Source of the DNA: Bugula neritina
Taxonomy: Eukaryota > Animalia > Bryozoa
Direction of reading: 5' to 3'
Length of the DNA: 64,000 nt
Assembly: GCA_964035545.1 (NCBI GenBank)
Contig: CAXIUT010000103.1
Coordinates: 310,001 to 374,000 of the forward strand
Both the position numbers and the translations under genes were made by a program. Below the pieces are notes generated by a model that worked only from the letters and a program-made list of their open reading frames with translations, did no database searches and was not told where the DNA came from. Positions within the stretch are counted from its first letter, which is position 1, and every line of letters starts with the position of its first letter. Of this stretch, positions 40,600 to 54,960 are shown piece by piece.

Positions 40600-43500
40600 C
40601 GTGAATCTCAACAATGAATAATAATAATATGCATTGTCAATTTTCACAAAGTAGCAGTCTTCAGTCAGCCCTCTCTAGTTCAAGATGGGCATCACTATAC
40701 ACACAAGAGTTAAGAACTTTAATGAGTCCTGTCAGCTAACCAGCTCATGAAGTCTACACAGTTTGATTGCAGGCGTTTGCATTTGACATTAGGACTAAAG
40801 TGTTGACTACATGGAGATTTCAACTTCAATTGTTAATCAACTAATTGTTTTGGATCTACTTGTTACATCTGGCTTACTCTTTCTGGTAGGTTTATTTCAT
40901 TAACTTTCTAGACTGATTTTCTTAACTTTCTGAAGAGTTTGTTGTGATGCGAAATATTACCAAATATCTCATGGCAACATGCCAATACAGTTAACACAGT
41001 AATTAAGCACTGGTGTCTTTGAAGCAGGCATCAAGTTTTGCATAAAAAAATTTATCAAGTATCTAAACACATGCAAGTGATGAGTTTGGAGATATTATTT
41101 AAAACTACAAAAGTTTCCATGCCGCTTGTAAATCAAAAGTGGACAATTGCTGCAAACACCTCTTTTCATGGAATGACTCATTTATTTCTCATATGTTTGC
41201 AAAGGCATCTAAAATTAGTTTTTGCTCTAGCAAAATATAACACTGTGAAATGGCGCTGCAGATGAGCTTTCTCTTTTAATATGAAAACTGATGATTGAAG
41301 AGCAATATAGTCTACTAACAAAATGGGTTTTAGCAGTGACTCATCTCCACTGCCTGTAAACTATAAAGCTTCAAATCGTATACTGCAGGCCCATGGGCCA
41401 ACTCTAGAACAATAACACAATTCACATGAGTCAGGATTGCTGGTTGTTAGAGGGGACAGGGGGGCAGGAGAGGGGATGGGAAAATAAAACATCTAAATTC
41501 AATAGTAAAGGCGGGTGTACAATGCAAAGGTCTTCCAGCATCACTGGTATTTCCATAATAACTGCAAGGCCAAACTTTTGCTGATGGACAATCAGACAGA
41601 AAAACTCTTGCAAATAACAAAACTAATATTAGCCTGTGTCTGCTTCGTATAAACACAAAGAACAAAATTTTGGGAAAGATAACTCCCAACACACCTATCT
41701 TGCAACTGGTGCTGGTGCAATGAAATTGAAGGGCTATGTTTCATAGTCCTATATTCAGCTAGTACTTCTAACTAGAAAGAAATAACATTGCCGGAAAAGT
41801 TGAAGAGGTGAAGCACTGTAGAGTTATGGCAAGTTAGATTCTCTATATGATATTATTTATCTGTCAAGAAAATATTATATTATATTTTATTCTACTCAGT
41901 AGTACCAACAATGAATATTTTATCATTGTTTATGGCAGTCGTGAATCTCAACAATGAATAATAATAATATGCATTGTCAATTTTCACAAAGTAGCAGTCT
42001 TCAGTCAGCCCTCTCTAGTTCAAGATGGGCATCACTATACACACAAGAGTTAAGAACTTTAATGAGTCCTGTCAGCTAACCAGCTCATGAAGTCTACACA
42101 GTTTGATTGCAGGCGTTTGCATTTGACATTAGGACTAAAGTGTTGACTACATGGAGATTTCAACTTCAATTGTTAATCAACTAATTGTTTTGGATCTACT
42201 TGTTACATCTGGCTTACTCTTTCTGGTAGGTTTATTTCATTAACTTTCTAGACTGATTTTCTTAACTTTCTGAAGAGTTTGTTGTGATGCGAAATATTAC
42301 CAAATATCTCATGGCAACATGCCAATACAGTTAACACAGTAATTAAGCACTGGTGTCTTTGAAGCAGGCATCAAGTTTTGCATAAAAAAATTTATCAAGT
42401 ATCTAAACACATGCAAGTGATGAGTTTGGAGATATTATTTAAAACTACAAAAGTTTCCATGCCGCTTGTAAATCAAAAGTGGACAATTGCTGCAAACACC
42501 TCTTTTCATGGAATGACTCATTTATTTCTCATATGTTTGCAAAGGCATCTAAAATTAGTTTTTGCTCTAGCAAAATATAACACTGTGAAATGGCGCTGCA
42601 GATGAGCTTTCTCTTTTAATATGAAAACTGATGATTGAAGAGCAATATAGTCTACTAACAAAATGGGTTTTAGCAGTGACTCATCTCCACTGCCTGTAAA
42701 CTATAAAGCTTCAAATCGTATACTGCAGGCCCATGGGCCAACTCTAGAACAATAACACAATTCACATGAGTCAGGATTGCTGGTTGTTAGAGGGGACAGG
42801 GGGGCAGGAGAGGGGATGGGAAAATAAAACATCTAAATTCAATAGTAAAGGCGGGTGTACAATGCAAAGGTCTTCCAGCATCACTGGTATTTCCATAATA
42901 ACTGCAAGGCCAAACTTTTGCTGATGGACAATCAGACAGAAAAACTCTTGCAAATAACAAAACTAATATTAGCCTGTGTCTGCTTCGTATAAACACAAAG
43001 AACAAAATTTTGGGAAAGATAACTCCCAACACACCTATCTTGCAACTGGTGCTGGTGCAATGAAATTGAAGGGCTATGTTTCATAGTCCTATATTCAGCT
43101 AGTACTTCTAACTAGAAAGAAATAACATTGCCGGAAAAGTTGAAGAGGTGAAGCACTGTAGAGTTATGGCAAGTTAGATTCTCTATATGATATTATTTAT
43201 CTGTCAAGAAAATATTATATTATATTTTATTCTACTCAGTAGTACCAACAATGAATATTTTATCATTGTTTATGGCAGTCGTGAATCTCAACAATGAATA
43301 ATAATAATATGCATTGTCAATTTTCACAAAGTAGCAGTCTTCAGTCAGCCCTCTCTAGTTCAAGATGGGCATCACTATACACACAAGAGTTAAGAACTTT
43401 AATGAGTCCTGTCAGCTAACCAGCTCATGAAGTCTACACAGTTTGATTGCAGGCGTTTGCATTTGACATTAGGACTAAAGTGTTGACTACATGGAGATTT

Positions 43501-45060
43501 CAACTTCAATTGTTAATCAACTAATTGTTTTGGATCTACTTGTTACATCTGGCTTACTCTTTCTGGTAGGTTTATTTCATTAACTTTCTAGACTGATTTT
43601 CTTAACTTTCTGAAGAGTTTGTTGTGATGCGAAATATTACCAAATATCTCATGGCAACATGCCAATACAGTTAACACAGTAATTAAGCACTGGTGTCTTT
43701 GAAGCAGGCATCAAGTTTTGCATAAAAAAATTTATCAAGTCTATAAACACATGCAAGTGATGAGTTTGGAGATATTATTTAAAACTACAAAAGTTTCCAT
43801 GCCGCTTGTAAATCAAAAGTGGACAATTGCTGCAAACACCTCTTTTCATGGAATGACTCATTTATTTCTCATATGTTTGCAAAGGCATCTAAAATTAGTT
43901 TTTGCTCTAGCAAAATATAACACTGTGAAATGGCGCTGCAGATGAGCTTTCTCTTTTAATATGAAAACTGATGATTGAAGAGCAATATAGTCTACTAACA
44001 AAATGGGTTTTAGCAGTGACTCATCTCCACTGCCTGTAAACTATAAAGCTTCAAATCGTATACTGCAGGCCCATGGGCCAACTCTAGAACAATAACACAA
44101 TTCACATGAGTCAGGATTGCTGGTTGTTAGAGGGGACAGGGGGGCAGGAGAGGGGATGGGAAAATAAAACATCTAAATTCAATAGTAAAGGCGGGTGTAC
44201 AATGCAAAGGTCTTCCAGCATCACTGGTATTTCCATAATAACTGCAAGGCCAAACTTTTGCTGATGGACAATCAGACAGAAAAACTCTTGCAAATAACAA
44301 AACTAATATTAGCCTGTGTCTGCTTCGTATAAACACAAAGAACAAAATTTTGGGAAAGATAACTCCCAACACACCTATCTTGCAACTGGTGCTGGTGCAA
44401 TGAAATTGAAGGGCTATGTTTCATAGTCCTATATTCAGCTAGTACTTCTAACTAGAAAGAAATAACATTGCCGGAAAAGTTGAAGAGGTGAAGCACTGTA
44501 GAGTTATGGCAAGTTAGATTCTCTATATGATATTATTTATCTGTCAAGAAAATATTATATTATGTTTTATTCTACTCAGTAGTACCAACAATGAATATTT
44601 TATCATTGTTTATGGCAGTCGTGAATCTCAACAATGAATAATAATAATATGCATTGTCAATTTTCACAAAGTAGCAGTCTTCAGTCAGCCCTCTCTAGTT
44701 CAAGATGGGCATCACTATACACACAAGAGTTAAGAACTTTAATGAGTCCTGTCAGCTAACCAGCTCATGAAGTCTACACAGTTTGATTGCAGGCGTTTGC
44801 ATTTGACATTAGGACTAAAGTGTTGACTACATGGAGATTTCAACTTCAATTGTTAATCAACTAATTGTTTTGGATCTACTTGTTACATCTGGCTTACTCT
44901 TTCTGGTAGGTTTATTTCATTAACTTTCTAGACTGATTTTCTTAACTTTCTGAAGAGTTTGTTGTGATGCGAAATATTACCAAATATCTCATGGCAACAT
45001 GCCAGTACAGTTAACACAGTAATTAAGCACTGGTGTCTTTGAAGCAGGCATCAAGTTTTG
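40600..45060 (-). repeat. Triplicated 1340-bp B-type monomer
   Basis: ORF starts 41038, 42378, 43718 and 45058 are spaced 1340 bp. B blocks occur at ~41734, 43074 and 44414, and the copies share the TACTGCAGGC allele. Confidence 0.88.
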
Positions 45061-48000
45061 CATGAAAAAATTTATCAAGTATCTAAACACATGCAAGTGA
45101 TGAGTTTGGAGATATTATTTAAAACTACAAAAGTTTCCATGCCGCTTGTAAATCAAAAGTGGACAATTGCTGCAAACACCTCTTTTCATGGAATGACTCA
45201 TTTATTTCTCATATGTTTGCAAAGGCATCTAAAATTATTTATTGCTCTAGCAAAATAAAACACTGTGAAATGGCGCTGCAGATGAGCTTTCTCTTTTAAT
45301 ATGAAAACTGATGATTGAAGAGCAATATAGTCTACTAACAAAATGGGTTTTAGCAGTGACTCATCTCCACTGCCTGTAAACTATAAAGCTTCAAATCGTA
45401 TACTGTAGGCCCATGGGCCAACTCTAGCACAATAACACAATTCACATGAGTCAGGATTGCTGGTTGTTAGAGGGGACAGGGGGGGCAGGAGAGGGGATGG
45501 GATAATAAAACATCTAAATTCAATAGTAAAAGCGGGTGTACAATGCAAAGGTCTTCCAGCATCACTGGTATTTCCATAATAACTGCAAGGCCAAACTTTT
45601 GCTGATGGACAATCAGACAGAAAAACTCTTGCAAATAACAAAACTAATATTAGCCTGTGTCTGCTTCGTATAAACACAAAGAACAAAATTTTGGGAAAGA
45701 TAACTCCCAACACACCTATCTTGCAACTGGTGCTGGTGCAATGAAATTGAAGGGTTATGTTTCATAGTCATATTTTCAACTAGTACTTCTAACTGCAAAG
45801 AAATAACATTGCAGAAAAAAGTGAAGATGTGAAGCACTGTAGATTTATGGTAAGTTATAATATGCATTTGATATTATTTATTTGTCCAGAAAATAATATT
45901 ATATTATATTTTATTCTACTCAGTAGTACCAACAATGAATATTTTATCATTGTTTATGGCAGTCGTGAATCTCAACAATGAATAATAATAATATGCATTG
46001 TCAATTTTCACAAAGTAGCAGTCTTCAGTCAGCCCTCTCTAGTTCAAGATGGGCATCACTATACACACAAGAGTTAAGAACTTTAATGAGTCCTGTCAGC
46101 TAACCAGCTCATGAAGACTACACAGTTTGATTGCAGGCGTTTGCATTTGACATTAGGACTAAAGTGTTGACTACATGGAGATTTCAACTTCAATTGGTAA
46201 TCAACTAATTGTTTTGGATCTACTTGTTACATCTGGCTTACTCTTTCTGGTAGGTTTATTTCATTAACTTTCTAGACTGATTTTCTTAACTTTCTGAAGA
46301 GTTTGTTGTGATGCGAAATATTACCAAATATCTCATGGCAACGTGCCAATACAGTTAACACAGTAATTAAGCACTGGTGTCTTTGAAGCAGGCATCAAGT
46401 TTTGCATAAAAAAATTTATCAAGTATCTAAACACATGCAAGTGATGAGTTTGGAGATATTATTTAAAACTACAAAAGTTTCCATGCCGCTTGTAAATCAA
46501 AAGTGGACAATTGCTGCAAACACCTCTTTTCATGGAATGACTCATTTATTTCTCATATGTTTGCAAAGGCATCTAAAATTAGTTTTTGCTCTAGCAAAAT
46601 ATAACACTGTGAAATGGCGCTGCAGATGAGCTTTCTCTTTTAATATGAAAACTGATGATTGAAGAGCAATATAGTCTACTAACAAAATGGGTTTTAGCAG
46701 TGACTCATCTCCACTGCCTGTAAACTATAAAGCTTCAAATCGTATACTGTAGGCTCATGGGCCAACTCTAGAACAATAACACAATTCACATGAGTCAGGA
46801 TTGCTGGTTGTTAGAGGGGACAGGGGGGGGGGGGGCAGGAGAGGGGATGGGAAAATAAAACATCTAAATTCAATAGTAAAAGCGGGTGTACAATGCAAAG
46901 GTCTTCCAGCATCACTGGTATTTCCATAATAACTGCAAGGCCAAACTTTTGCTGATGGACAATCAGACAGAAAAACTCTTGCAAATAACAAAACTAATAT
47001 TAGCCTGTGTCTGCTTCGTATAAACACAAAGAACAAAATTTTGGGAAAGATAACTCCCAACACACCTATCTTGCAACTGGTGCTGGTGCAATGAAATTGA
47101 AGGGTTATGTTTCATAGTCATATTTTCAACTAGTACTTCTAACTGCAAAGAAATAACATTGCAGAAAAAAGTGAAGATGTGAAGCACTGTAGATTTATGG
47201 TAAGTTATAATATGCATTTGATATTATTTATTTGTCCAGAAAATAATATTATATTATATTTTATTCTACTCAGTAGTACCAACAATGAATATTTTATCAT
47301 TGTTTATGGCAGTCGTGAATCTCAACAATGAATAATAATAATATGCATTGTCAATTTTCACAAAGTAGCAGTCTTCAGTCAGCCCTCTCTAGTTCAAGAT
47401 GGGCATCACTATACACACAAGAGTTAAGAACTTTAATGAGTCCTGTCAGCTAACCAGCTCATGAAGTCTACACAGTTTGATTGCAGGCGTTTGCATTTGA
47501 CATTAGGACTAAAGTGTTGACTACATGGAGATTTCAACTTCAATTGTTAATCAACTAATTGTTTTGGATCTACTTGTTACATCTGGCTTACTCTTTCTGG
47601 TAGGTTTATTTCATTAACTTTCTAGACTGATTTTCTTAACTTTCTGAAGAGTTTGTTGTGATGCGAAATATTACCAAATATCTCATGGCAACATGCCAAT
47701 ACAGTTAACACAGTAATTAAGCACTGGTGTCTTTGAAGCAGGCATCAAGTTTTGCATGAAAAATTTTATCAAGTATCTAAACACATGCAAGTGATGAGTT
47801 TGGAGATATTATTTAAAACTACAAAAGTTTCCATGCCGCTTGTAAATCAAAAGTTGACAATTGCTGCAAACACCTCTTTTCATGGAATGACTCATTTATT
47901 TCTCATATGTTTGCAAAGGCATCTAAAATTATTTATTGCTCTAGCAAAATAAAACACTGTGAAATGGCGCTGCAGATGAGCTTTCTCTTTTAATATGAAA

Positions 48001-51000
48001 ACTGATGATTGAAGAGCAATATAGTCTACTAACAAAATGGGTTTTAGCAGTGACTCATCTCCACTGCCTGTAAACTATAAAGCTTCAAATCGTATACTGT
48101 AGGCCCATGGGCCAACTCTAGCACAATAACACAATTCACATGAGTCAGGATTGCTGGTTGTTAGAGGGGACAGGGGGGGGCAGGAGAGGGGATGGGATAA
48201 TAAAACATCTAAATTCAATAGTAAAAGCGGGTGTACAATGCAAAGGTCTTCCAGCATCACTGGTATTTCCATAATAACTGCAAGGCCAAACTTTTGCTGA
48301 TGGACAATCAGACAGAAAAACTCTTGCAAATAACAAAACTAATATTAGCCTGTGTCTGCTTCGTATAAACACAAAGAACAAAATTTTGGGAAAGATAACT
48401 CCCAACACACCTATCTTGCAACTGGTGCTGGTGCAATGAAATTGAAGGGTTATGTTTCATAGTCATATTTTCAACTAGTACTTCTAACTGCAAAGAAATA
48501 ACATTGCAGAAAAAAGTGAAGATGTGAAGCACTGTAGATTTATGGTAAGTTATAATATGCATTTGATATTATTTATTTGTCCAGAAAATAATATTATATT
48601 ATATTTTATTCTACTCAGTAGTACCAACAATGAATATTTTATCATTGTTTATGGCAGTCGTGAATCTCAACAATGAATAATAATAATATGCATTGTCAAT
48701 TTTCACAAAGTAGCAGTCTTCAGTCAGCCCTCTCTAGTTCAAGATGGGCATCACTATACACACAAGAGTTAAGAACTTTAATGAGTCCTGTCAGCTAACC
48801 AGCTCATGAAGTCTACACAGTTTGATTGCAGGCGTTTGCATTTGACATTAGGACTAAAGTGTTGACTACATGGAGATTTCAACTTCAATTGTTAATCAAC
48901 TAATTGTTTTGGATCTACTTGTTACATCTGGCTTACTCTTTCTGGTAGGTTTATTTCATTAACTTTCTAGACTGATTTTCTTAACTTTCTGAAGAGTTTG
49001 TTGTGATGCGAAATATTACCAAATATCTCATGGCGACATGCCAATACAGTTAACACAGTAATTAAGCACTGGTGTCTTTGAAGCAGGCATCAAGTTTTGC
49101 ATAAAAAAATTTATCAAGTATCTAAACACATGCAAGTGATGAGTTTGGAGATATTATTTAAAACTACAAAAGTTTCCACGCCGCTTGTAAATCAAAAGTG
49201 GACAATTGCTGCAAACACCTCTTTTCATGGAATGACTCATTTATTTCTCATATGTTTGCAAAAGCATCTAAAATTAGTTTTTGCTCTAGCAAAAAATAAC
49301 ACTGTGAAATGGCGCTGCAGATGAGCTTTCTCTTTTAATATGAAAACTGATGATTGAAGAGCAATATAGTCTACTAACAAAATGGGTTTTAGCAGTGACT
49401 CATCTCCACTGCCTGTAAACTATAAAGCTTCAAATCGTATACTGCAGGCCCATGGGCCAACTGTAGAACAATAACACAATTCACATGAGTCAGGATTGCT
49501 GGTTGTTAGAGGGGACAGGGGGGCAGGAGAGGAGATTGGAAAATAAAACATCTAAATTCAATAGTAAAGTCGGGTGTACAATGCAAAGGTCTTCCAGCAT
49601 CACTGGTATTTCCATAATAACTGCAAGGCCAAACTTTTGCTGATGGACAATCAGACAGAAAAACTCTTGCAAATAACAAAACTAATATTAGCCTGTGTCT
49701 GCTTCGTATAAACACAAAGAACAAAATTTTGGGAAAGATAACTCCCAACACACCTATCTTGCAACCGGTGCTGGTGCAATGAAATTGAAGGGCTATGTTT
49801 AATAGTCCTATATTCAGCTAGTACTTCTAACTAGAAAGAAATAACATTGCCGGAAAAGTTGAAGAGGTGAAGCACTGTAGAGTTATGGCAAGTTAGATTC
49901 TCTATATGATATTATTTATCTGTCAAGAAAATATTATATTATATTTTATTCTACTCACTAGTACCAACAATGAATATTTTATCATTGTTTATGGCAGTCG
50001 TGAATCTCAACAATGAATAATAATAATACGCATTGTCAATTTTCACAAAGTAGCAGTCTTCAGTCAGCCCTCTCTAGTTCAAGATGGGCATCACTATACA
50101 CACAAGAGTTAAGAACTTTAATGAGTCCTGTCAGGTAACCAGCTCATGAAGTCTACACAGTTTGGTTGCAGACGTTTGCATTTGACATTAGGATTAAAGT
50201 GTTCACTACATGGAGACTTCAACTTCAATTGTTAATCAACTTGTTTTGGATCTACTTGTCACATCTGGCTTACTCTCTCTGGTAGGTTTATTTCATTAAC
50301 TTTCTAGACTGATTTTCTTAACTTTCTGAAGAGTTTGTTGTGATGCGAAATATATTGCCAAATATCTCATGGCAACGTGCCAATACAGTTAACACAGTAA
50401 TTAAGCACTGGTGTCTTTGAAGCAGGCATCAAGTTATGCATAAAAATGTTCATCAAGTATCTAAACACATGCAAGTGATGAGTTTGGAGATATTATTTAA
50501 AACTACAAAAGTTTCCATGCCGCTTGTAAATCAAAAGTGGACAATTGCTGCAAACACCTCTTTTCATGGAATGACTCATTTATTTCTCATATGTTTGCAA
50601 AGGCATCTAAAATTAGTTTTTGCTCTAGCAAAATATAACACTGTGAAATGGCGCTGCAGATGAGCTTTCTCTTTTAATATGAAAACTGATGATTGAAGAG
50701 CAATATAGTCTACTAACAAAATGGGTTTTAGCAGTGACTCATCTCCACTGCCTGTAAACTATAAAGCTTCAAATCGTATACTGTAGGCTCATGGGCCAAC
50801 TCTAGAACAATAACACAATTCACATGAGTCAGGATTGCTGGTTGTTAGAGGGGACAGGGGGGGGGGGGGGGGCAGGAGAGGGGATGGGAAAATAAAACAT
50901 CTAAATTCAATAGTAAAAGCGGGTGTACAATGCAAAGGTCTTCCAGCATCACTGGTATTTCCATAATAACTGCAAGGCCAAACTTTTGCTGATGGACAAT

Positions 51001-54000
51001 CAGACAGAAAAACTCTTGCAAATAACAAAACTAATATTAGCCTGTGTCTGCTTCGTATAAACACAAAGAACAAAATTTTGGGAAAGATAACTCCCAACAC
51101 ACCTATCTTGCAACTGGTGCTGGTGCAATGAAATTGAAGGGTTATGTTTCATAGTCATATTTTCAACTAGTACTTCTAACTGCAAAGAAATAACATTGCA
51201 GAAAAAAGTGAAGATGTGAAGCACTGTAGATTTATGGTAAGTTATAATATGCATTTGATATTATTTATTTGTCCAGAAAATAATATTATATTATATTTTA
51301 TTCTACTCAGTAGTACCAACAATGAATATTTTATCATTGTTTATGGCAGTCGTGAATCTCAACAATGAATAATAATAATATGCATTGTCAATTTTCACAA
51401 AGTAGCAGTCTTCAGTCAGCCCTCTCTAGTTCAAGATGGGCATCACTATACACACAAGAGTTAAGAACTTTAATGAGTCCTGTCAGCTAACCAGCTCATG
51501 AAGTCTACACAGTTTGATTGCAGGCGTTTGCATTTGACATTAGGACTAAAGTGTTGACTACATGGAGATTTCAACTTCAATTGTTAATCAACTAATTGTT
51601 TTGGATCTACTTGTTACATCTGGCTTACTCTTTCTGGTAGGTTTTTTTCATTAACTTTCTAGACTGATTTTCTTAACTTTCTGAAGAGTTTGTTGTGATG
51701 CGAAATATTACCAAATATCTCATGGCAACATGCCAATACAGTTAACACAGTAATTAAGCACTGGTGTCTTTGAAGCAGGCATCAAGTTTTGCATGAAAAA
51801 TTTTATCAAGTATCTAAACACATGCAAGTGATGAGTTTGGAGATATTATTTAAAACTACAAAAGTTTCCATGCCGCTTGTAAATCAAAAGTTGACAATTG
51901 CTGCAAACACCTCTTTTCATGGAATGACTCATTTATTTCTCATATGTTTGCAAAGGCATCTAAAATTATTTATTGCTCTAGCAAAATAAAACACTGTGAA
52001 ATGGCGCTGCAGATGAGCTTTCTCTTTTAATATGAAAACTGATGATTGAAGAGCAATATAGTCTACTAACAAAATGGGTTTTAGCAGTGACTCATCTCCA
52101 CTGCCTGTAAACTATAAAGCTTCAAATCGTATACTGTAGGCCCATGGGCCAACTCTAGCACAATAACACAATTCACATGAGTCAGGATTGCTGGTTGTTA
52201 GAGGGGACAGGGGGGGGCAGGAGAGGGGATGGGATAATAAAACATCTAAATTCAATAGTAAAAGCGGGTGTACAATGCAAAGGTCTTCCAGCATCACTGG
52301 TATTTCCATAATAACTGCAAGGCCAAACTTTTGCTGATGGACAATCAGACAGAAAAACTCTTGCAAATAACAAAACTAATATTAGCCTGTGTCTGCTTCG
52401 TATAAACACAAAGAACAAAATTTTGGGAAAGATAACTCCCAACACACCTATCTTGCAACTGGTGCTGGTGCAATGAAATTGAAGGGTTATGTTTCATAGT
52501 CATATTTTCAACTAGTACTTCTAACTGCAAAGAAATAACATTGCAGAAAAAAGTGAAGATGTGAAGCACTGTAGATTTATGGTAAGTTATAATATGCATT
52601 TGATATTATTTATTTGTCCAGAAAATAATATTATATTATATTTTATTCTACTCAGTAGTACCAACAATGAATATTTTATCATTGTTTATGGCAGTCGTGA
52701 ATCTCAACAATGAATAATAATAATATGCATTGTCAATTTTCACAAAGTAGCAGTCTTCAGTCAGCCCTCTCTAGTTCAAGATGGGCATCACTATACACAC
52801 AAGAGTTAAGAACTTTAATGAGTCCTGTCAGCTAACCAGCTCATGAAGACTACACAGTTTGATTGCAGGCGTTTGCATTTGACAATAGGACTAAAGTGTT
52901 GACTACATGGAGATTTCAACTTCAATTGGTAATCAACTAATTGTTTTGGATCTACTTGTTACATCTGGCTTACTCTTTCTGGTAGGTTTATTTCATTAAC
53001 TTTCTAGACTGATTTTCTTAACTTTCTGAAGAGTTTGTTGTGATGCGAAATATTACCAAATATCTCATGGCAACGTGCCAATACAGTTAACACAGTAATT
53101 AAGCACTGGTGTCTTTGAAGCAGGCATCAAGTTTTGCATAAAAAAATTTATCAGGTATCTAAACACATGCAAGTGATGAGTTTGGAGATATTATTTAAAA
53201 CTACAAAAGTTTCCATGCCGCTTGTAAATCAAAAGTGGACAATTGCTGCAAACACCTCTTTTCATGGAATGACTCATTTATTTCTCATATGTTTGCAAAG
53301 GCATCTAAAATTAGTTTTTGCTCTAGCAAAATATAACACTGTGAAATGGCGCTGCAGATGAGCTTTCTCTTTTAATATGAAAACTGATGATTGAAGAGCA
53401 ATATAGTCTACTAACAAAATGGGTTTTAGCAGTGACTCATCTCCACTGCCTGTAAACTATAAAGCTTCAAATCGTATACTGTAGGCTCATGGGCCAACTC
53501 TAGAACAATAACACAATTCACATGAGTCAGGATTGCTGGTTGTTAGAGGGGACAGGGGGGGGGGGGGGGCAGGAGAGGGGATGGGAAAATAAAACATCTA
53601 AATTCAGTAGTAAAAGCGGGTGTACAATGCAAAGGTCTTCCAGCATCACTGGTATTTCCATAATAACTGCAAGGCCAAACTTTTGCTGATGGACAATCAG
53701 ACAGAAAAACTCTTACAAATAACAAAACTAATATTAGCCTGTGTCTGCTTCGTATAAACACCAAGAACAATATTTTGGGAAAGATAACTCCCAACACACC
53801 TATCTTGCAACTGGTGCTGGTGCAATGAAATTGAAGGATTATGTTTCATAGTCATATTTTCAACTAGTACTTCTAACTGCAAAGAATCAACATTGCAGAA
53901 AAAGGTGAAGATGTGAAGCACTGTAGATTTATGGTAAGTTATAATATGCATTTGATATTATTTATTTGTCCAGAAAATAATATTATATTATATTTTATTC

Positions 54001-54183
54001 TACTCAGTAGTACCAACAATGAATATTTTATCATTGTTTATGGCAGTCGTGAATCTCAACAATGAATAATAATAATACGCGTTGTCAATTTTCACAAAGT
54101 AGCAGTCTTCAGTCAGCCCTCTCTAGTTCAAGATGGGCATCACTATACACACAAGAGTTAAGAACTTTAATGAGTCCTGTCAG

Positions 54184-54960
54184 GTAACCAGCTCATGAAG
54201 TCTACACAGTTTGGTTGCAGACGTTTGCATTTGACATTAGGATTAAAGTGTTCACTACATGGAGACTTCAACTTCAATTGTTAATCAACTTGTTTTGGAT
54301 CTACTTGTCACATCTGGCTTACTCTCTCTGGTAGGTTAATTTCATTAACTTTCTAGACTGATTTTCTTAACTTTCTGAAGAGTTTGTTGTGATGCGAAAT
54401 ATATTGCCAAATATCTCATGGCAACGTGCCAATACAGTTAACACAGTAATTAAGCACTGGTGTCTTTGAAGCAGGCATCAAGTTATGCATAAAAATGTTC
54501 ATCAAGTATCTAAACACATGCAAGTGATGAGTTTGGAGATATTATTTAAAAGTACAAAAGTTTCCATGCCGCGTGTAAATCAAAAGTGGACAAGTGCTGC
54601 AAACACCTCTTTTCATAGAATGACTCATTTATTTCTCATATGTTTGCAAAGGCATCTAAAATTAGTTATTGCTCTAGCAAAATATAACACTGTGAAATGG
54701 CGCTGCAGATGAGCTTTCTCTTTTAATATGAAAACTGATGATTGAAGAGCAATATAGTCTACTAATAAAATGGGTTTCAGCAGTGACTCATCTCCACTGC
54801 CTGTAAACTATAAAGCTTCAAATCGTATACTGTAGGCCCATGGGCCAACTCTAGAACAATAACACAATTCACATGAGTCAGGATTGCTGGTTGTTAGAGG
54901 GGGCAGGGGGCAGGAGAGGGGATGGGAAAATAAAACATCTAAATTCAATAGTAAAGGCGG
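54184..54960 (-). repeat. Inverted near-copy of the junction-flanking left-arm haplotype (~14300-15075)
   Basis: It shares the rare alleles CAGGTAACC, GTTCACTAC, GGAGACTT, GTCACATC, TATATTGCC, AAAAATGTTCATC, GGTTTCAGC and GAGGGGGCAGGGGGCAGG with the reverse complement of 14300-15075. Confidence 0.88.
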
